From the NCBI GenBank assembly GCA_965250285.1, contig OZ252299.1, positions 2,368,001 through 2,432,000 on the forward strand: 64,000 nucleotides of DNA. Direction: 5' to 3'. The number at the start of each line of letters is the position of its first letter. The first letter of the stretch is position 1. Shown one piece after another: positions 38,641-48,508 of this stretch. The DNA comes from Myxococcota bacterium (GTDB taxonomy: Bacteria; Myxococcota_A; UBA9160; UBA4427). Position numbers and translations under genes: made by a program. A model generated the notes under the pieces. The model did no database searches. It saw nothing but the letters and a program-made list of their open reading frames with translations, and was not told the origin of the DNA.

Positions 38641-39429
38641 ATGTCGAAGACCCTCCTCATCACCGGTGCCACGGACGGCATCGGATTCGAAACCGCCAAG
38701 CAGCTCCATGCACTCGGCCACCGCGTCTGGCTCCACGGCCGCAGCGCCGCCAAGCTCGAGGCCGCCGCCCAGGCCCTCGGCGCCGGCAGCGACGTGCGCA
38801 CGTTCCACGCCGATCTGTCCGACCTCGAAGCGGCGCGGCGGCTGGCGGCCGAGGTCGCCGAGGCCACGCCGACCCTCGATGTGCTGATCAACAACGCGGG
38901 CGTCTACAACACGCCCGAGCCACGCACGCCCGACGGGCTCGATCGTCGCTTCGTCGTCAACACGCTGGCGCCCTATCTGCTGGCACGCGCGCTCGCGCCG
39001 GTGCTCGGCGCCACCGGTCGCATCGTCAATCTGTCGTCGGCTGCACAGTCGCCCGTCGACCTCGATGCGCTGCGTGGTCAGGGCGCGCTCTCCGACTCGG
39101 CCGCGTACGCACAGAGCAAGCTCGCGATCACAATGTGGTCTCGCGCACTCGCGACCGAATTCGGTCCGGACGGACCCGTGATTCTCGCGGTCAACCCCGG
39201 CTCGATGCTCGCAAGCAAGATGGTGAAGGAGGCCTACGGCGTCGCCGGCCACGACCTCTCGATCGGGGCCGACATCCTGACGCGCGCGGCGCTCGAGGAT
39301 GCCTTCGCGGCCCGATCGGGCGAGTACTTCGACAACGACGCCGGCCAGTTCGCGCCGCCTCACCCTCAGGGCCTCGACGACGACGCGTGCGCTGCCGTCG
39401 TGCGCACCATAGAGTCGGTGCTGGCCTGA
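38641..39429 (+). CDS. Short-chain dehydrogenase/reductase
   Basis: LITGATDGIG, INNAG, NLSS, YAQSK. Confidence 0.92.
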   Translation: MSKTLLITGATDGIGFETAKQLHALGHRVWLHGRSAAKLEAAAQALGAGSDVRTFHADLSDLEAARRLAAEVAEATPTLDVLINNAGVYNTPEPRTPDGLDRRFVVNTLAPYLLARALAPVLGATGRIVNLSSAAQSPVDLDALRGQGALSDSAAYAQSKLAITMWSRALATEFGPDGPVILAVNPGSMLASKMVKEAYGVAGHDLSIGADILTRAALEDAFAARSGEYFDNDAGQFAPPHPQGLDDDACAAVVRTIESVLA

Positions 39430-39466
39430 GCCGACGGCCCGGCCCCGCCTTCCGAGGAGGATCCCC

Positions 39467-40468
39467 ATGTCGAGCGTCGATGCGATCACCTCGTCCGAGC
39501 GCTCCCGGCCCGTGCACCACGGGGCGTTCAACTACCTCGACGCGACGATGCAATCGACCCTGTATCGCAACGGCCAGGTGCGCATCGATCGCGACCAGGA
39601 CGGGTCGGACAGCCAGATCGTGGGCGCGCGCTTCGATCAGCGAGAGGTGCCGGTGATCGATGGCCGGAGCCTGCCCGATGCAGAGCGACCGACCCTCGTC
39701 GCGAACGGCTTCGAGCTGACGCAGCGCCCGCTGCCCGGAGCGGTCGACTTCTTCGACCAGCACCAGGTCGTGCACGACTACTACCTGGACTGCGCCGCGT
39801 TGGTCTCATCCGCCACCGGGTTCGATGCGATCGCGTTCGATCACAACGTGCGCTCTGCGACCGGACGCAAGGCGGCACGGCGCATCGACGGCGGGCAGCG
39901 CGTGCAGGGCCCGGCCCGCGTCGTCCATGGCGACTACACCCTGACGAGCGCGCCGCAACGCCTGCGCGATCTCGGCGAGGCGGCGACGGGCAACGACACC
40001 TGGGCGGATCTCGTCGAGCCGGGTGCACCACTCATCGCGCCCGAGCGCGTCGAGTCGGTCCTCGAGTCGGGCCGTTTCTCGATCATCAACGTCTGGCGCA
40101 GCATCGTGCCCGAGCCGGTTCAGGCTCACCCGATGGCCTTCTGCGACGCGCAAACAGTCGAGCCCGAAGACCTCGTCGTGTTCGAGATCCACTACGCCGA
40201 TCGCATCGGCGAGAACTACTTCTCGAAGCACGCCGATCGGCACCGCTGGACGACGTTTCCCCAGATGCGGATGCACGAGGCGCTGCTCATCAAGCAGTGG
40301 GATTCGGCCGGCGCGCTCGCCCGCAGCCAAGGCCGCCACGGCGACCACAGCGATCCGACGGGCGACAGCACGTTCAGCTTTCACAGCGCCTTCGACGACC
40401 CGCAGGCGCCCGACGACGCCCCGGATCGCTGGAGCATCGAGGTGCGCTGCATGGTGCTCGACCGCTGA
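39467..40468 (+). CDS. CmcJ/NvfI/AsaB-like putative Fe(II) oxidoreductase
   Basis: NGFEL, AFDHNVR, VHGDYT, INVWR, PMAFCDA, FHSAFDDP, SIEVR. Confidence 0.8.
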   Translation: MSSVDAITSSERSRPVHHGAFNYLDATMQSTLYRNGQVRIDRDQDGSDSQIVGARFDQREVPVIDGRSLPDAERPTLVANGFELTQRPLPGAVDFFDQHQVVHDYYLDCAALVSSATGFDAIAFDHNVRSATGRKAARRIDGGQRVQGPARVVHGDYTLTSAPQRLRDLGEAATGNDTWADLVEPGAPLIAPERVESVLESGRFSIINVWRSIVPEPVQAHPMAFCDAQTVEPEDLVVFEIHYADRIGENYFSKHADRHRWTTFPQMRMHEALLIKQWDSAGALARSQGRHGDHSDPTGDSTFSFHSAFDDPQAPDDAPDRWSIEVRCMVLDR

Positions 40469-40630
40469 GGCCCCCGGGCTGCGCGCGGCGGCCGTGCCCG
40501 GTTTGCCTTCCTCGCTCACATGCACGACGCGCACTTGTCGAGATCGGCCGCCGTCGCGGCCTGGTCGGCGCAAGACCTGTCTGCACGGTATCTTCGCTCT
40601 CGTTCGAAGAAGAGAAGGGAGCCCGAGCCC

Positions 40631-42271
40631 ATGGGTCAGCAGCCGAGCGAAAGCGGATCAATCGAGCGATACGACGTCGTCGTGATCGGCGCAGGCGTGA
40701 GCGGCATGTACGCCGTCCACCACATGCGCGAGATGGGGCTCTCGGTCCGGGCCTACGATGGAGCCACGGACGTCGGGGGCACCTGGTGGTACAACCGGTA
40801 TCCGGGCGCACGCGTCGACGGGCCCGGCAGCCCCTTCTACTGCTACACGTTCGACGACGAGCTCATGCACGAGTGGGACTGGGCCGAGACCCAGTCGGAA
40901 CAATCGGCGGTGCTCGAGTACCTCGAACACGTCGCCGACAAGCACGACCTGCGGAGTGACATCCAGTTCGAGACCTGGGTCAAACACGTCGCCTACGACG
41001 AGGCGACCCAGCGCTGGCACGTCGAGACCGATCGCGGCAATCATGCCACCTGCCGGTTTCTGATCTGCGCCGTGGGTGCGCTCTCGACGGCCAACATGCC
41101 CGACATCCCCGGCATCGAGAGCTTCGCCGGCGAGTGCTACCACACGGGCCGCTGGCCGCACGAGCCGGTCTCGTTCGAGGGCAAGCGCGTCGCCGTCATC
41201 GGCACGGGATCGTCCGGGATTCAGTCGATCCCCGAGATCGCGAAGCAAGCCGAACACGTGACGGTGCTGCAGCGCACGCCGCAGTTCACGTTCCCCGCGA
41301 ACAATCGGACACTCACGCCCGACGACCTCGCTCGGGCGCGCGACAACTGGCCCGCGCTGCGCGAGAAGATGCAGGCCAACCTCGGCGGGTTCCCGCACGA
41401 CGGCAACCGCGGCTCGGCCCTCGACGCCACGCCCGAGGAGCGACGCGCCCTCTACGAAGAGCTGTGGGAGCGCGGCGGGTTCGGGTTCTTCCTCGACCTC
41501 TACAGCGACATCGCGGTGAGCGAGGAGGCAAACGACTCGCTCGCCGAGTTCGTGCGCGACAAGATCCGCGAGATCGTGAAAGACCCCGACACCGCGCGAA
41601 AGTTGCTGCCCGACCACTACGTGATCACCAAGCGGCCGATCCTCGACGACGGCTACTTCGAGACGTACAACCGCGACAACGTGACGCTGGTCGATCTGCG
41701 CGAAGATCCGATCGAACGCTTCACGCCAACGAGCGTGGTGACCCGAAGCGGCGAGCACCCGATCGACATGCTCGTGCTCGCGACCGGCTTCGATGCAATC
41801 AGTGGCACCATGCTTCGGCTGAACCCCGAAGGCCGGGGCGGAAGGACCCTGCGGGATCGGTGGGAAGACCGCTTCCACAACTACGTGGGCATGACGGTCG
41901 CGGGCTTCCCGAATCTCTTCATGATCCACGGCCCGGGCTCCCCGGGCGTCTTCTACAACATGCCGCTGGGCGCCGAGCGTCAGCTGGGCTGGATCGGCGA
42001 CTGCCTCACGCACATGCGCGAGCATGGCTACGGCACGATCGAAGCGACCGAGGACGCCGAGGCGGCGTGGGGCGCCGAGGTCGGCGCCATCGCCGACGCC
42101 ACCCTCTTCCCGCGCACCGACTCGTGGTGGACCGGCGCGAACGTGCCCGGCAAGCCTCGCTACTTCTCGGCCTACCTCGGCGGCGACATCTACTACCAGC
42201 GAATCGCGGGCATCGCGAACGACTACGCGGGTTTCACGTTCGAGCCGGCGAAGGACGAGGGCGAGGCCTGA
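40631..42271 (+). CDS. Type I Baeyer-Villiger monooxygenase
   Basis: GAGVSG, GGTWWYNRYPGARVD, fingerprint FAGECYHTGRWP, GTGSSG, ATGFD. Confidence 0.94.
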   Translation: MGQQPSESGSIERYDVVVIGAGVSGMYAVHHMREMGLSVRAYDGATDVGGTWWYNRYPGARVDGPGSPFYCYTFDDELMHEWDWAETQSEQSAVLEYLEHVADKHDLRSDIQFETWVKHVAYDEATQRWHVETDRGNHATCRFLICAVGALSTANMPDIPGIESFAGECYHTGRWPHEPVSFEGKRVAVIGTGSSGIQSIPEIAKQAEHVTVLQRTPQFTFPANNRTLTPDDLARARDNWPALREKMQANLGGFPHDGNRGSALDATPEERRALYEELWERGGFGFFLDLYSDIAVSEEANDSLAEFVRDKIREIVKDPDTARKLLPDHYVITKRPILDDGYFETYNRDNVTLVDLREDPIERFTPTSVVTRSGEHPIDMLVLATGFDAISGTMLRLNPEGRGGRTLRDRWEDRFHNYVGMTVAGFPNLFMIHGPGSPGVFYNMPLGAERQLGWIGDCLTHMREHGYGTIEATEDAEAAWGAEVGAIADATLFPRTDSWWTGANVPGKPRYFSAYLGGDIYYQRIAGIANDYAGFTFEPAKDEGEA

Positions 42272-42377
42272 GGGCGACGCGAACGCTCGGTGCGTTCGGC
42301 TCGATCGACGGCGCGCCTGATCGAGCTTCGATCGCACACGCCGCGACTGCGCTCAGCCGAATGCGTCGAGCCGCGGT

Positions 42378-43331
42378 CTAGCGGCGTGGCGGCGGCGGCC
42401 GCCGACCGTGGGGAGGCGGCCCGTGCCGGCCCCCGTTCGGCGGACCCTTCGCGAAGCTGGCGTCGGGCGCTGCGACGTGGCAGCGCGGAATCACGGGCCA
42501 CTCTCGCGTGAGGAAGTAGGCGTAGGTGCCGTCCGGATACTCGGGTGTGACCGCCTGCCGGCCGTTGCAGCGATCGAGATCGCCGCTCCCCTCCGCGAAG
42601 GCATAGTCTTCGATGAAGGTACCGTCGTATGTGCCGCCCGGTTGCCCGCTGCCGGAAGGCCGCGTGCCCTCTCGGAGCCGATAGCTCGAGCGCAGCTCGC
42701 GCACGTCGGTCGAGCCGGGCGCATAGCCGTAGAGTGCATAGATCGGAAAGCCATCGGCCGCCCAGCCCACGAGCGGCGAATGCACCGAGGGCGACAGCGA
42801 GAGATCGCTCAACAACCCGGTCGGCAGCCCGTGGTAGTGATACGCACCCGTCGGCTGCACATGGGCATTGTTGGCGTCGATGCCCAGGGTCACGGCGCCC
42901 GACAGGGCCTCGTACTGCCAGCCCGAGCTCTGCTTGCCGAGATACCACTCGGCCGCGCCGGGATCGAAGGGCACGCCGTTCACGCCGACGCCGAAGTTGT
43001 TCATGCCGAGCGGTCGTGGTTCGCGACCCCGCCTGGGCGTGACGGGCATCTGGTAGACGTAGCTCTGTACGCGGATCGAGTTCGGATTGCCCGCGTTGGG
43101 GAACGCTCCGACGAGGTGCTCCGGGATCCCGTCCGCGCGGATCACGCGCCGCCCGCCCTCGACCGTCACCGTGACGACGTCGGGGGCGCCGGGTGAACGG
43201 TCGGCCGGGATCGGCACGAAGCCATCCGACTGCGTCGCGCGGTGGACGCGCCCCGAACCTTGCGCGAAGGCGTCGGCACCGCAGATGAGAAGCAGCGTCA
43301 CGAGGAGGCAGCACGCCGTTCGTCTCGTCAT
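42378..43331 (-). CDS. Secreted YHYH-domain protein
   Basis: Signal peptide, FPNAGNPN, GVGVNGVPFDP, DANNAHVQPTGAYHYHG, GWAADGFPIY, DLDRCNG, Pro-rich tail. Confidence 0.9.
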   Translation of the reverse strand: MTRRTACCLLVTLLLICGADAFAQGSGRVHRATQSDGFVPIPADRSPGAPDVVTVTVEGGRRVIRADGIPEHLVGAFPNAGNPNSIRVQSYVYQMPVTPRRGREPRPLGMNNFGVGVNGVPFDPGAAEWYLGKQSSGWQYEALSGAVTLGIDANNAHVQPTGAYHYHGLPTGLLSDLSLSPSVHSPLVGWAADGFPIYALYGYAPGSTDVRELRSSYRLREGTRPSGSGQPGGTYDGTFIEDYAFAEGSGDLDRCNGRQAVTPEYPDGTYAYFLTREWPVIPRCHVAAPDASFAKGPPNGGRHGPPPHGRRPPPPRR

Positions 43332-43418
43332 TGCGACACCCTAGCGTGTGCGACGCCCCGCTCCAGCCCGCGAACGCCCGAACATGGTCGCGCGATCCGC
43401 GCGTCGACCGGCAGCAGG

Positions 43419-44063
43419 CTAGATGCGCTTCAACACCCAGGGCCCGAGCAAGGCGCCCAGCGCGCTCAGCGCGAAGATCGGCGCAATGTGATGCGTCAGG
43501 ATGTGCTCGGGGACGTACATGCATCCGAGCTGCATGAGCAGCCCGGGGATCGCGCCGGACGCGGCTCCGACGAGCGCGGCCGAGCCCACGCGGTCGAGGG
43601 GCGCGAGTCGGCGCAGCAGGAAGAGCCCCGCCGTCATCGGCGGCAGACCGAAGAAGAAGACCTGCAGATAGCAGCCCGCGCGCTTGCCGAGCATCGACGG
43701 CTCGAGAGAAGGCGCCCACAGACCGACGACGTAGAAGAGCATCCAGGCGAGCAGCACCCCGATCGCGGGCGCGACGCGCTGCCCGCGCGTCCCGGGAGCG
43801 GGCAGCCCAAGCCGCAGCGCCCACGCGATCGCGACCACACCGGCTGCGAGGCCGAGCGAAGTTTCGAACGCGAACCGCGCATGGCTCGTCAGTTGCTCGA
43901 AGACGTCCGGACGCAGCGGGGCCTGCGTCAGCATCGCCCCCAGGACCGCGACGAACGACACGATCCACCACGCGACGATGAGGTGGCCCACGCGGCCGGG
44001 CCTCGGCACCGGCCGGACGTCGGCGGCGAGCTCCTCGATCCACTGATCGCGATCGCGCGTCAT
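43419..44063 (-). CDS. nrsF: NrsF (DUF1109)-type membrane anti-sigma factor
   Basis: IEELAADVRPV, about 6 TM helices, Cys residues in AGCY and LGCM...H...HH, LRRLAPL; overlaps the sigma gene by 4 bp. Confidence 0.8.
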   Translation of the reverse strand: MTRDRDQWIEELAADVRPVPRPGRVGHLIVAWWIVSFVAVLGAMLTQAPLRPDVFEQLTSHARFAFETSLGLAAGVVAIAWALRLGLPAPGTRGQRVAPAIGVLLAWMLFYVVGLWAPSLEPSMLGKRAGCYLQVFFFGLPPMTAGLFLLRRLAPLDRVGSAALVGAASGAIPGLLMQLGCMYVPEHILTHHIAPIFALSALGALLGPWVLKRI

Positions 44064-44644
44064 GCCATCGGTCCTTCGGTTTCGAGCAGGCGTCGCACGT
44101 TTCGAATCGCTCGGTGGACCCGGGTCTTCATGGCCGTCATCGAGACCCCCGTTCGATCGGCCGCTTCGGCCAGGCTGTAGCCCGCGTAGCGCGTCAGCTC
44201 CAGGGCCTCGCGCTGGCGCGGGTCGAGCTGCGCCAACACCCGCGCCGCATCGACGCCGTCGGCGGGGTTTCGCGTGGGCCCGCCCGCCCAGTCATCGGGC
44301 GAGGCTTCGGGCCGCTCGTTGCGACCGCGGGTCTCGGCGCGGCGCAGGTGGTCGATCGTCTTGTGTCGCACGATCGTGAAGAGCCAGGGTCGGAACGGTC
44401 GCCGCTCGTCGTACGTGTGACGCGCACGGTGGACCGCGAGCAGCGTCTCCTGAACGCAATCCTCGAGGCCATCGAGCGCGCCGAAGCGATGCCGCACGTA
44501 GGCCTCGACCACGGCGCCCAGCTCGGCCATCAGCTGGGCGTACGCCCGCTGATCGCCCTGGTGGGCGCGCATCATGGCGTCTCGCCAGCGCGACTCATCG
44601 TCGGCGTAGCGGGCCTCGGCAACTCGGGCGCGGGCTGCGGACAT
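44060..44644 (-). CDS. ECF sigma-70 factor (SigF/ECF16-like)
   Basis: GDQRAY, EDCVQETLLAVHRARHTYDERRPFRPWLFTIVRHK, QREAL...GYSLAEAA...KTRVHRA. Confidence 0.92.
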   Translation of the reverse strand: MSAARARVAEARYADDESRWRDAMMRAHQGDQRAYAQLMAELGAVVEAYVRHRFGALDGLEDCVQETLLAVHRARHTYDERRPFRPWLFTIVRHKTIDHLRRAETRGRNERPEASPDDWAGGPTRNPADGVDAARVLAQLDPRQREALELTRYAGYSLAEAADRTGVSMTAMKTRVHRAIRNVRRLLETEGPMA

Positions 44645-44711
44645 CAACGAACCTGGGGGCAGAGGCGCGCGAGCACCTCTGCCCCGAGCGGTGTCACCGA
44701 GGGGGCGTCCC

Positions 44712-45392
44712 TCAGCGAATTCGACGTACGACGACGCGCGCGACCGAGTTACGCCAATCGTACGTGAAGGGTCCGAGCACCTCGTTTCCGTCCTCGTCCA
44801 CCTCGCCGAGGTCGTGGAAGCCGTTGCCGATGTGGACGAAGCCCTCGTCTCCCTCGTTGGGGCCGGGGGAATGCCCCTCACCGCCACACCGCGGGCCGGG
44901 CATCGAGCCGCAGCTCTGGTCGTTGGCCTCGGTGCCGGCGTCGTAGCCGGGCGCGTCGTAGCTGCGGGGACCGAACCAGGGCAGCCGCACGCCGTTCAGC
45001 GCGAAGAACGTGTCGTTGGTCGGGATCAGCATGGCCGCGACGCTGAGGACGTTGCGACCGCGCCGGGCCTCGACGACGAGCGAGACGCTCTCGCCCGGAG
45101 CCAGCAGCCCTTCGCTGGCCGTGGTGGAGCCGCCCGCGGCGTCGATCACCCCGGCGAGCGGGGCGGTATCGCCCCCCTCGGCGAGGATCTCGAGCTCGGT
45201 GCTCGCGGGCGAGCCCAGCTCGAAGATCGAGATCGACGGTGAGTGCGTGGCCGCCAGGATCGGCGTAAAAGTCTGTCCCTTGGTGATGTTCGTGATCGTG
45301 ACTTCGTAGCGGGTGGCGTAGCCGTTGGCCGACGCCGACGACGCGGCGAGCGTGATCAGCGAGACCATGGCGAGCAGGATGGCGCGGGTCAT
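44712..45392 (-). CDS. Secreted spondin_N domain protein
   Basis: Signal peptide, YEVTITNIT.GQ.FTP, AEGGD, MLIPTNDTF, YDAGTEAN, GFVHI..G. Confidence 0.87.
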   Translation of the reverse strand: MTRAILLAMVSLITLAASSASANGYATRYEVTITNITKGQTFTPILAATHSPSISIFELGSPASTELEILAEGGDTAPLAGVIDAAGGSTTASEGLLAPGESVSLVVEARRGRNVLSVAAMLIPTNDTFFALNGVRLPWFGPRSYDAPGYDAGTEANDQSCGSMPGPRCGGEGHSPGPNEGDEGFVHIGNGFHDLGEVDEDGNEVLGPFTYDWRNSVARVVVRRIR

Positions 45393-45473
45393 CGGGTTTC
45401 CTCCAAAGCCCTCGGCACAGGCACCGAGCGCGGGTCGGGTGCGGGCGGTCTCGTCGCCGCCCTTCGAACCCCG

Positions 45474-45517
45474 ATACGCAGCACCCCGCGAAAGCGTCGC
45501 AGGCGCCCCGAAAAAAA
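45474..45517 (-). promoter_or_regulatory. Candidate ECF-sigma promoter of the spondin operon
   Basis: Minus strand reads T7 tract ... TGCGAC (45501-45496), 17 bp, CGTAT (45478-45474), resembling ECF GTAAC...CGTA/CGAA promoters. Confidence 0.45.
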
Positions 45518-45766
45518 GTGGGCGACCGATCAGGGCGGTGAACTCGAGTCCAGCCGCTCGCCCGCCGCGCTGCCCGGTGCGCGCGCCCGCGCTGGCTTCT
45601 CTCTTCGCCTCGCCCAGTGCTCGCAGGTGGCAGGGGCTAGTCGGCCATCGCGGGCGCCAGATCTGCCGCGGACGCGATCTCCCGCACGAACCCGAACCGC
45701 CCGGCCCTCATCTCTCGCGCACCTTCGAGAAACGCCTGCATCGCACAGCGCATCAGGGCCCCGCCG

Positions 45767-46141
45767 ATGCTGATGCGCTGCACGCCCGCAGACGATCTGT
45801 ACGGCGAGCACTGGCTCAGCTTTCCCACGACGACCGCCTCGCCCGATTCGTTCGGTCATCTCCTGCAGCGCGAGCTGCTAGCGCTCGGGATCAGCGAGCC
45901 CGAGATCTCGTTCGTCGACAGCCTGACGGCACAGAAGCGGCTCGTGCAGGCCGGCTACGGCATCGCATTGCTCCCGGTCAGCGGCTGTGTCGAGGAGCTG
46001 CGGAGCGGCTCGCTCCGAGAGCTGGAAGTGGGCGCGATCAAGGCACGCCAGCCCATCGTGGCGGTCCGCCGCAAGGCGGGGCTCCGGCGCAAGAGCGCGA
46101 CCGCGCTGCTCGGCCTGATTCGCAGGTCCATCGCCTCATGA
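45767..46141 (+). pseudogene. Orphan C-terminal fragment of a LysR substrate-binding domain
   Basis: VDSLTAQKRLVQAGYGIALLP...EELRSGSLREL. There is no HTH, an in-frame TAG lies at 45638, and no LysR-like sequence was seen upstream in the forward frames. Confidence 0.65.
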
Positions 46142-46162
46142 GCAGAAAGCCGCAGGCGCCGT

Positions 46163-47419
46163 TCAGATCGTCAGCACCATTCGCAGCGAGAAGACCGACA
46201 GGCCGCCCTCACCCGCTGCGGGATCGACGACGAACTGCATGTTCGGCATCAGCGACACGTTCGGCGTGACGCGAACGCGGTACGAGAACTCGATCAGGTG
46301 CTCATCGTCGGTATCGGGCGCGTTCGGTCTCGCCCAGCCATACCCGAACGAGAACGCCTGCGACGGCAGCACCTGCAGCTCGAAGCCGGTGCTGAATGCG
46401 GCTCGAGCAGGCGGCCCGCCCCCACCATCGTTGTAGCCGCCCCGGGCAAAGGCAAGCAGACGATCCCAGAGCTCATAGCTCCCCGTCATCGCGAAGCCCC
46501 AGCCCTTCTCGATGCCCTGGGTGCGGCGCCCATCGGATTGCCAGAACGTCGCCTGAATGCGATCGGTGCGGTACCGATCGGGCGACGGCGTCCAGCCGAT
46601 TTCGAAGCTCTTGAGCCACTGGCGTTCACGCACCGTGTCCCACTCGAAGCCGCCATTCACGGCATTGGCGTCGTAGATCTGGAACCCGAGCCAGAGCTGT
46701 TCGGTCGCGTAGCCCTTGATGACCGCGCCCAACGAACCCAGCCCGGTCGTCGCGATGGCCGGATTGACGACGAAGGCCCGGTTGATGAACCCGCGCCCCA
46801 GGCTCTGCAGCGCGTAGACGTCCTGATAGACGTCGAACGCGAGTCGGCCGACCGACACACCGACGCGCCCGTCGAAGAACGTCTGAACCCACTTCATGAC
46901 GGAGAGGTCGACGTCGGCGTTCGAGTACACGAAGCCCGTGTTCAGCGCGCGTACGCCGATCTGCGTCGAGAGATCACTCGGCGCGGGCAAGCCGGCCAGG
47001 TCGCTGCGGTACTCGAGCCGCACCTCAAATCGGCCGGGATGCGCCGTCTTGCGAAACGTCTCCCACGCCGACTGCACGCGGACGACGGTGCCGAATGCCT
47101 GTTGATCCGAGTCGACGGTCTCGCGGTTGATGGCCTGGTAGAGAAAGTACGCGTTCGCGCCGAACGTGATGCCCAGCGCCTCGTCGAGGCGATCGCGCGA
47201 CGGCTGCAACCACGCGGTCGCATCGAACGCGAGCAGCGACGGGCGATCTTTCCAGTACTCGATGTTGCGGTAGACGTCTTCGGGGCCGCCGTCGACGAGG
47301 TCATCGCACTCGCCGGTCGCCTCGGCGGTCGGCTCGGTCCACTCGGCCGACGCCACGACCGGCCCGAGACACACGCAGGCGACAATCAACCCCGCCCAGC
47401 ACGATTGCGGCCGCCTCAT
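46163..47419 (-). CDS. OprB-family carbohydrate-selective porin
   Basis: Signal peptide, alternating beta-strand pattern, F.N.AF..NP, EFSYRVRVTPNVSLMPNMQFVVDPA. Confidence 0.78.
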   Translation of the reverse strand: MRRPQSCWAGLIVACVCLGPVVASAEWTEPTAEATGECDDLVDGGPEDVYRNIEYWKDRPSLLAFDATAWLQPSRDRLDEALGITFGANAYFLYQAINRETVDSDQQAFGTVVRVQSAWETFRKTAHPGRFEVRLEYRSDLAGLPAPSDLSTQIGVRALNTGFVYSNADVDLSVMKWVQTFFDGRVGVSVGRLAFDVYQDVYALQSLGRGFINRAFVVNPAIATTGLGSLGAVIKGYATEQLWLGFQIYDANAVNGGFEWDTVRERQWLKSFEIGWTPSPDRYRTDRIQATFWQSDGRRTQGIEKGWGFAMTGSYELWDRLLAFARGGYNDGGGGPPARAAFSTGFELQVLPSQAFSFGYGWARPNAPDTDDEHLIEFSYRVRVTPNVSLMPNMQFVVDPAAGEGGLSVFSLRMVLTI

Positions 47420-47624
47420 GACCGTCCAGTCTACTCGACGCCTCCCCCCGATCGGGAGAATTCACGCCATGACGAGGGGGTCGAATCTCGGTCGGCTTCG
47501 CGAAGATGGGCAATCGCACGGCGCACGACGCGCAGGCCCATGCGGCAGATGCGCGAGCCCGATGGGGAGCGCCCCCGCGTTGGGCCGTTGAAGACGACGC
47601 AACCGGGGCCCTACCCTGTGCTGC

Positions 47625-48452
47625 GTGTCCGACCCCGAGCATCTGGCGACGTACGTGCTCTGCCTCGCGCTGGCCGGGCTCACATCGGGCTTCGCCAGCG
47701 GCCTCTTTGGCATCGGCGGAGGCGCCCTCCGCGTGCCCATCTTCGTGCAGCTCTTTCCGATCTTCGAGAGCGAGCCGGCCCAGGCGATGCACATGGCGGT
47801 GGGTACGTCGCTGGCACTCGCGATCCCGGCCGGCATCACGAGCGCCCGCAAGCAGCAGCAGGCCGGGAACCTCGACGAAGCGCTGCTTCGCACGTGGATC
47901 CCGGCCCTGCTCGTCGGCGTTCTGATCGGGCTCGTCATCTCGCGCTTCGTCGCCGGATCGACGCTCACCGCGATCTTCGGCGTCGGGATGGGGGCCGTCG
48001 GACTCGAGATGATCCTGCTCTCGAAGAACGCCAAGCTGCGGGATCAGCTGCCCGGCCACCCGATTCTCGAGTTGATCGCGACGTCGATCGCGACGCTCTC
48101 GACGCTGATCGGAGTGACCGGCGGTGCGTTCACGACGCCCGTGCTCACCCTCTTCGGAATTCGGATCCACCGCGCGATCGCCACAGCCGCGGCGGGCTCG
48201 GCCGCCATCGCCGTCGTGGGGACGATCGGCTGCATCGTGAACGGTTGGGGCGTTGCCGGGCGGCCGACCTGGTCTCTCGGGTACATCGACCTCGTTGCCT
48301 TCGCGGTCGTGCTGCCCACGGTGGTGCTCTCGGCGCCCTGGGGCGTCGCGCTCGCGAACCGATCGAGCGAGTCTCGTTTGCGCAAGACGTTCGGGGTCTT
48401 CCTGGTGGTGATCAGCGCCGACATGCTGCGTCGATCGTTCCTCGCGCACTAG
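47625..48452 (+). CDS. TauE/SafE (TSUP) family exporter
   Basis: GFASGLFGIGGG..VP, AVGTSLA, second repeat GVTGG...P, HRAIATAA. Confidence 0.9.
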   Translation: MSDPEHLATYVLCLALAGLTSGFASGLFGIGGGALRVPIFVQLFPIFESEPAQAMHMAVGTSLALAIPAGITSARKQQQAGNLDEALLRTWIPALLVGVLIGLVISRFVAGSTLTAIFGVGMGAVGLEMILLSKNAKLRDQLPGHPILELIATSIATLSTLIGVTGGAFTTPVLTLFGIRIHRAIATAAAGSAAIAVVGTIGCIVNGWGVAGRPTWSLGYIDLVAFAVVLPTVVLSAPWGVALANRSSESRLRKTFGVFLVVISADMLRRSFLAH

Positions 48453-48508
48453 ACCCATCGCCGTCATTTTGCGTGCCACGAACCGGCTCGCCGAGCCACT
48501 CAGCGTGG

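Noticed and set aside
46298..48508. Apparent 922-aa giant PEP-CTERM protein
   Set aside because: The upstream part overlaps the porin (antisense) and TauE (other frame). A signal peptide begins at ATG 48509.
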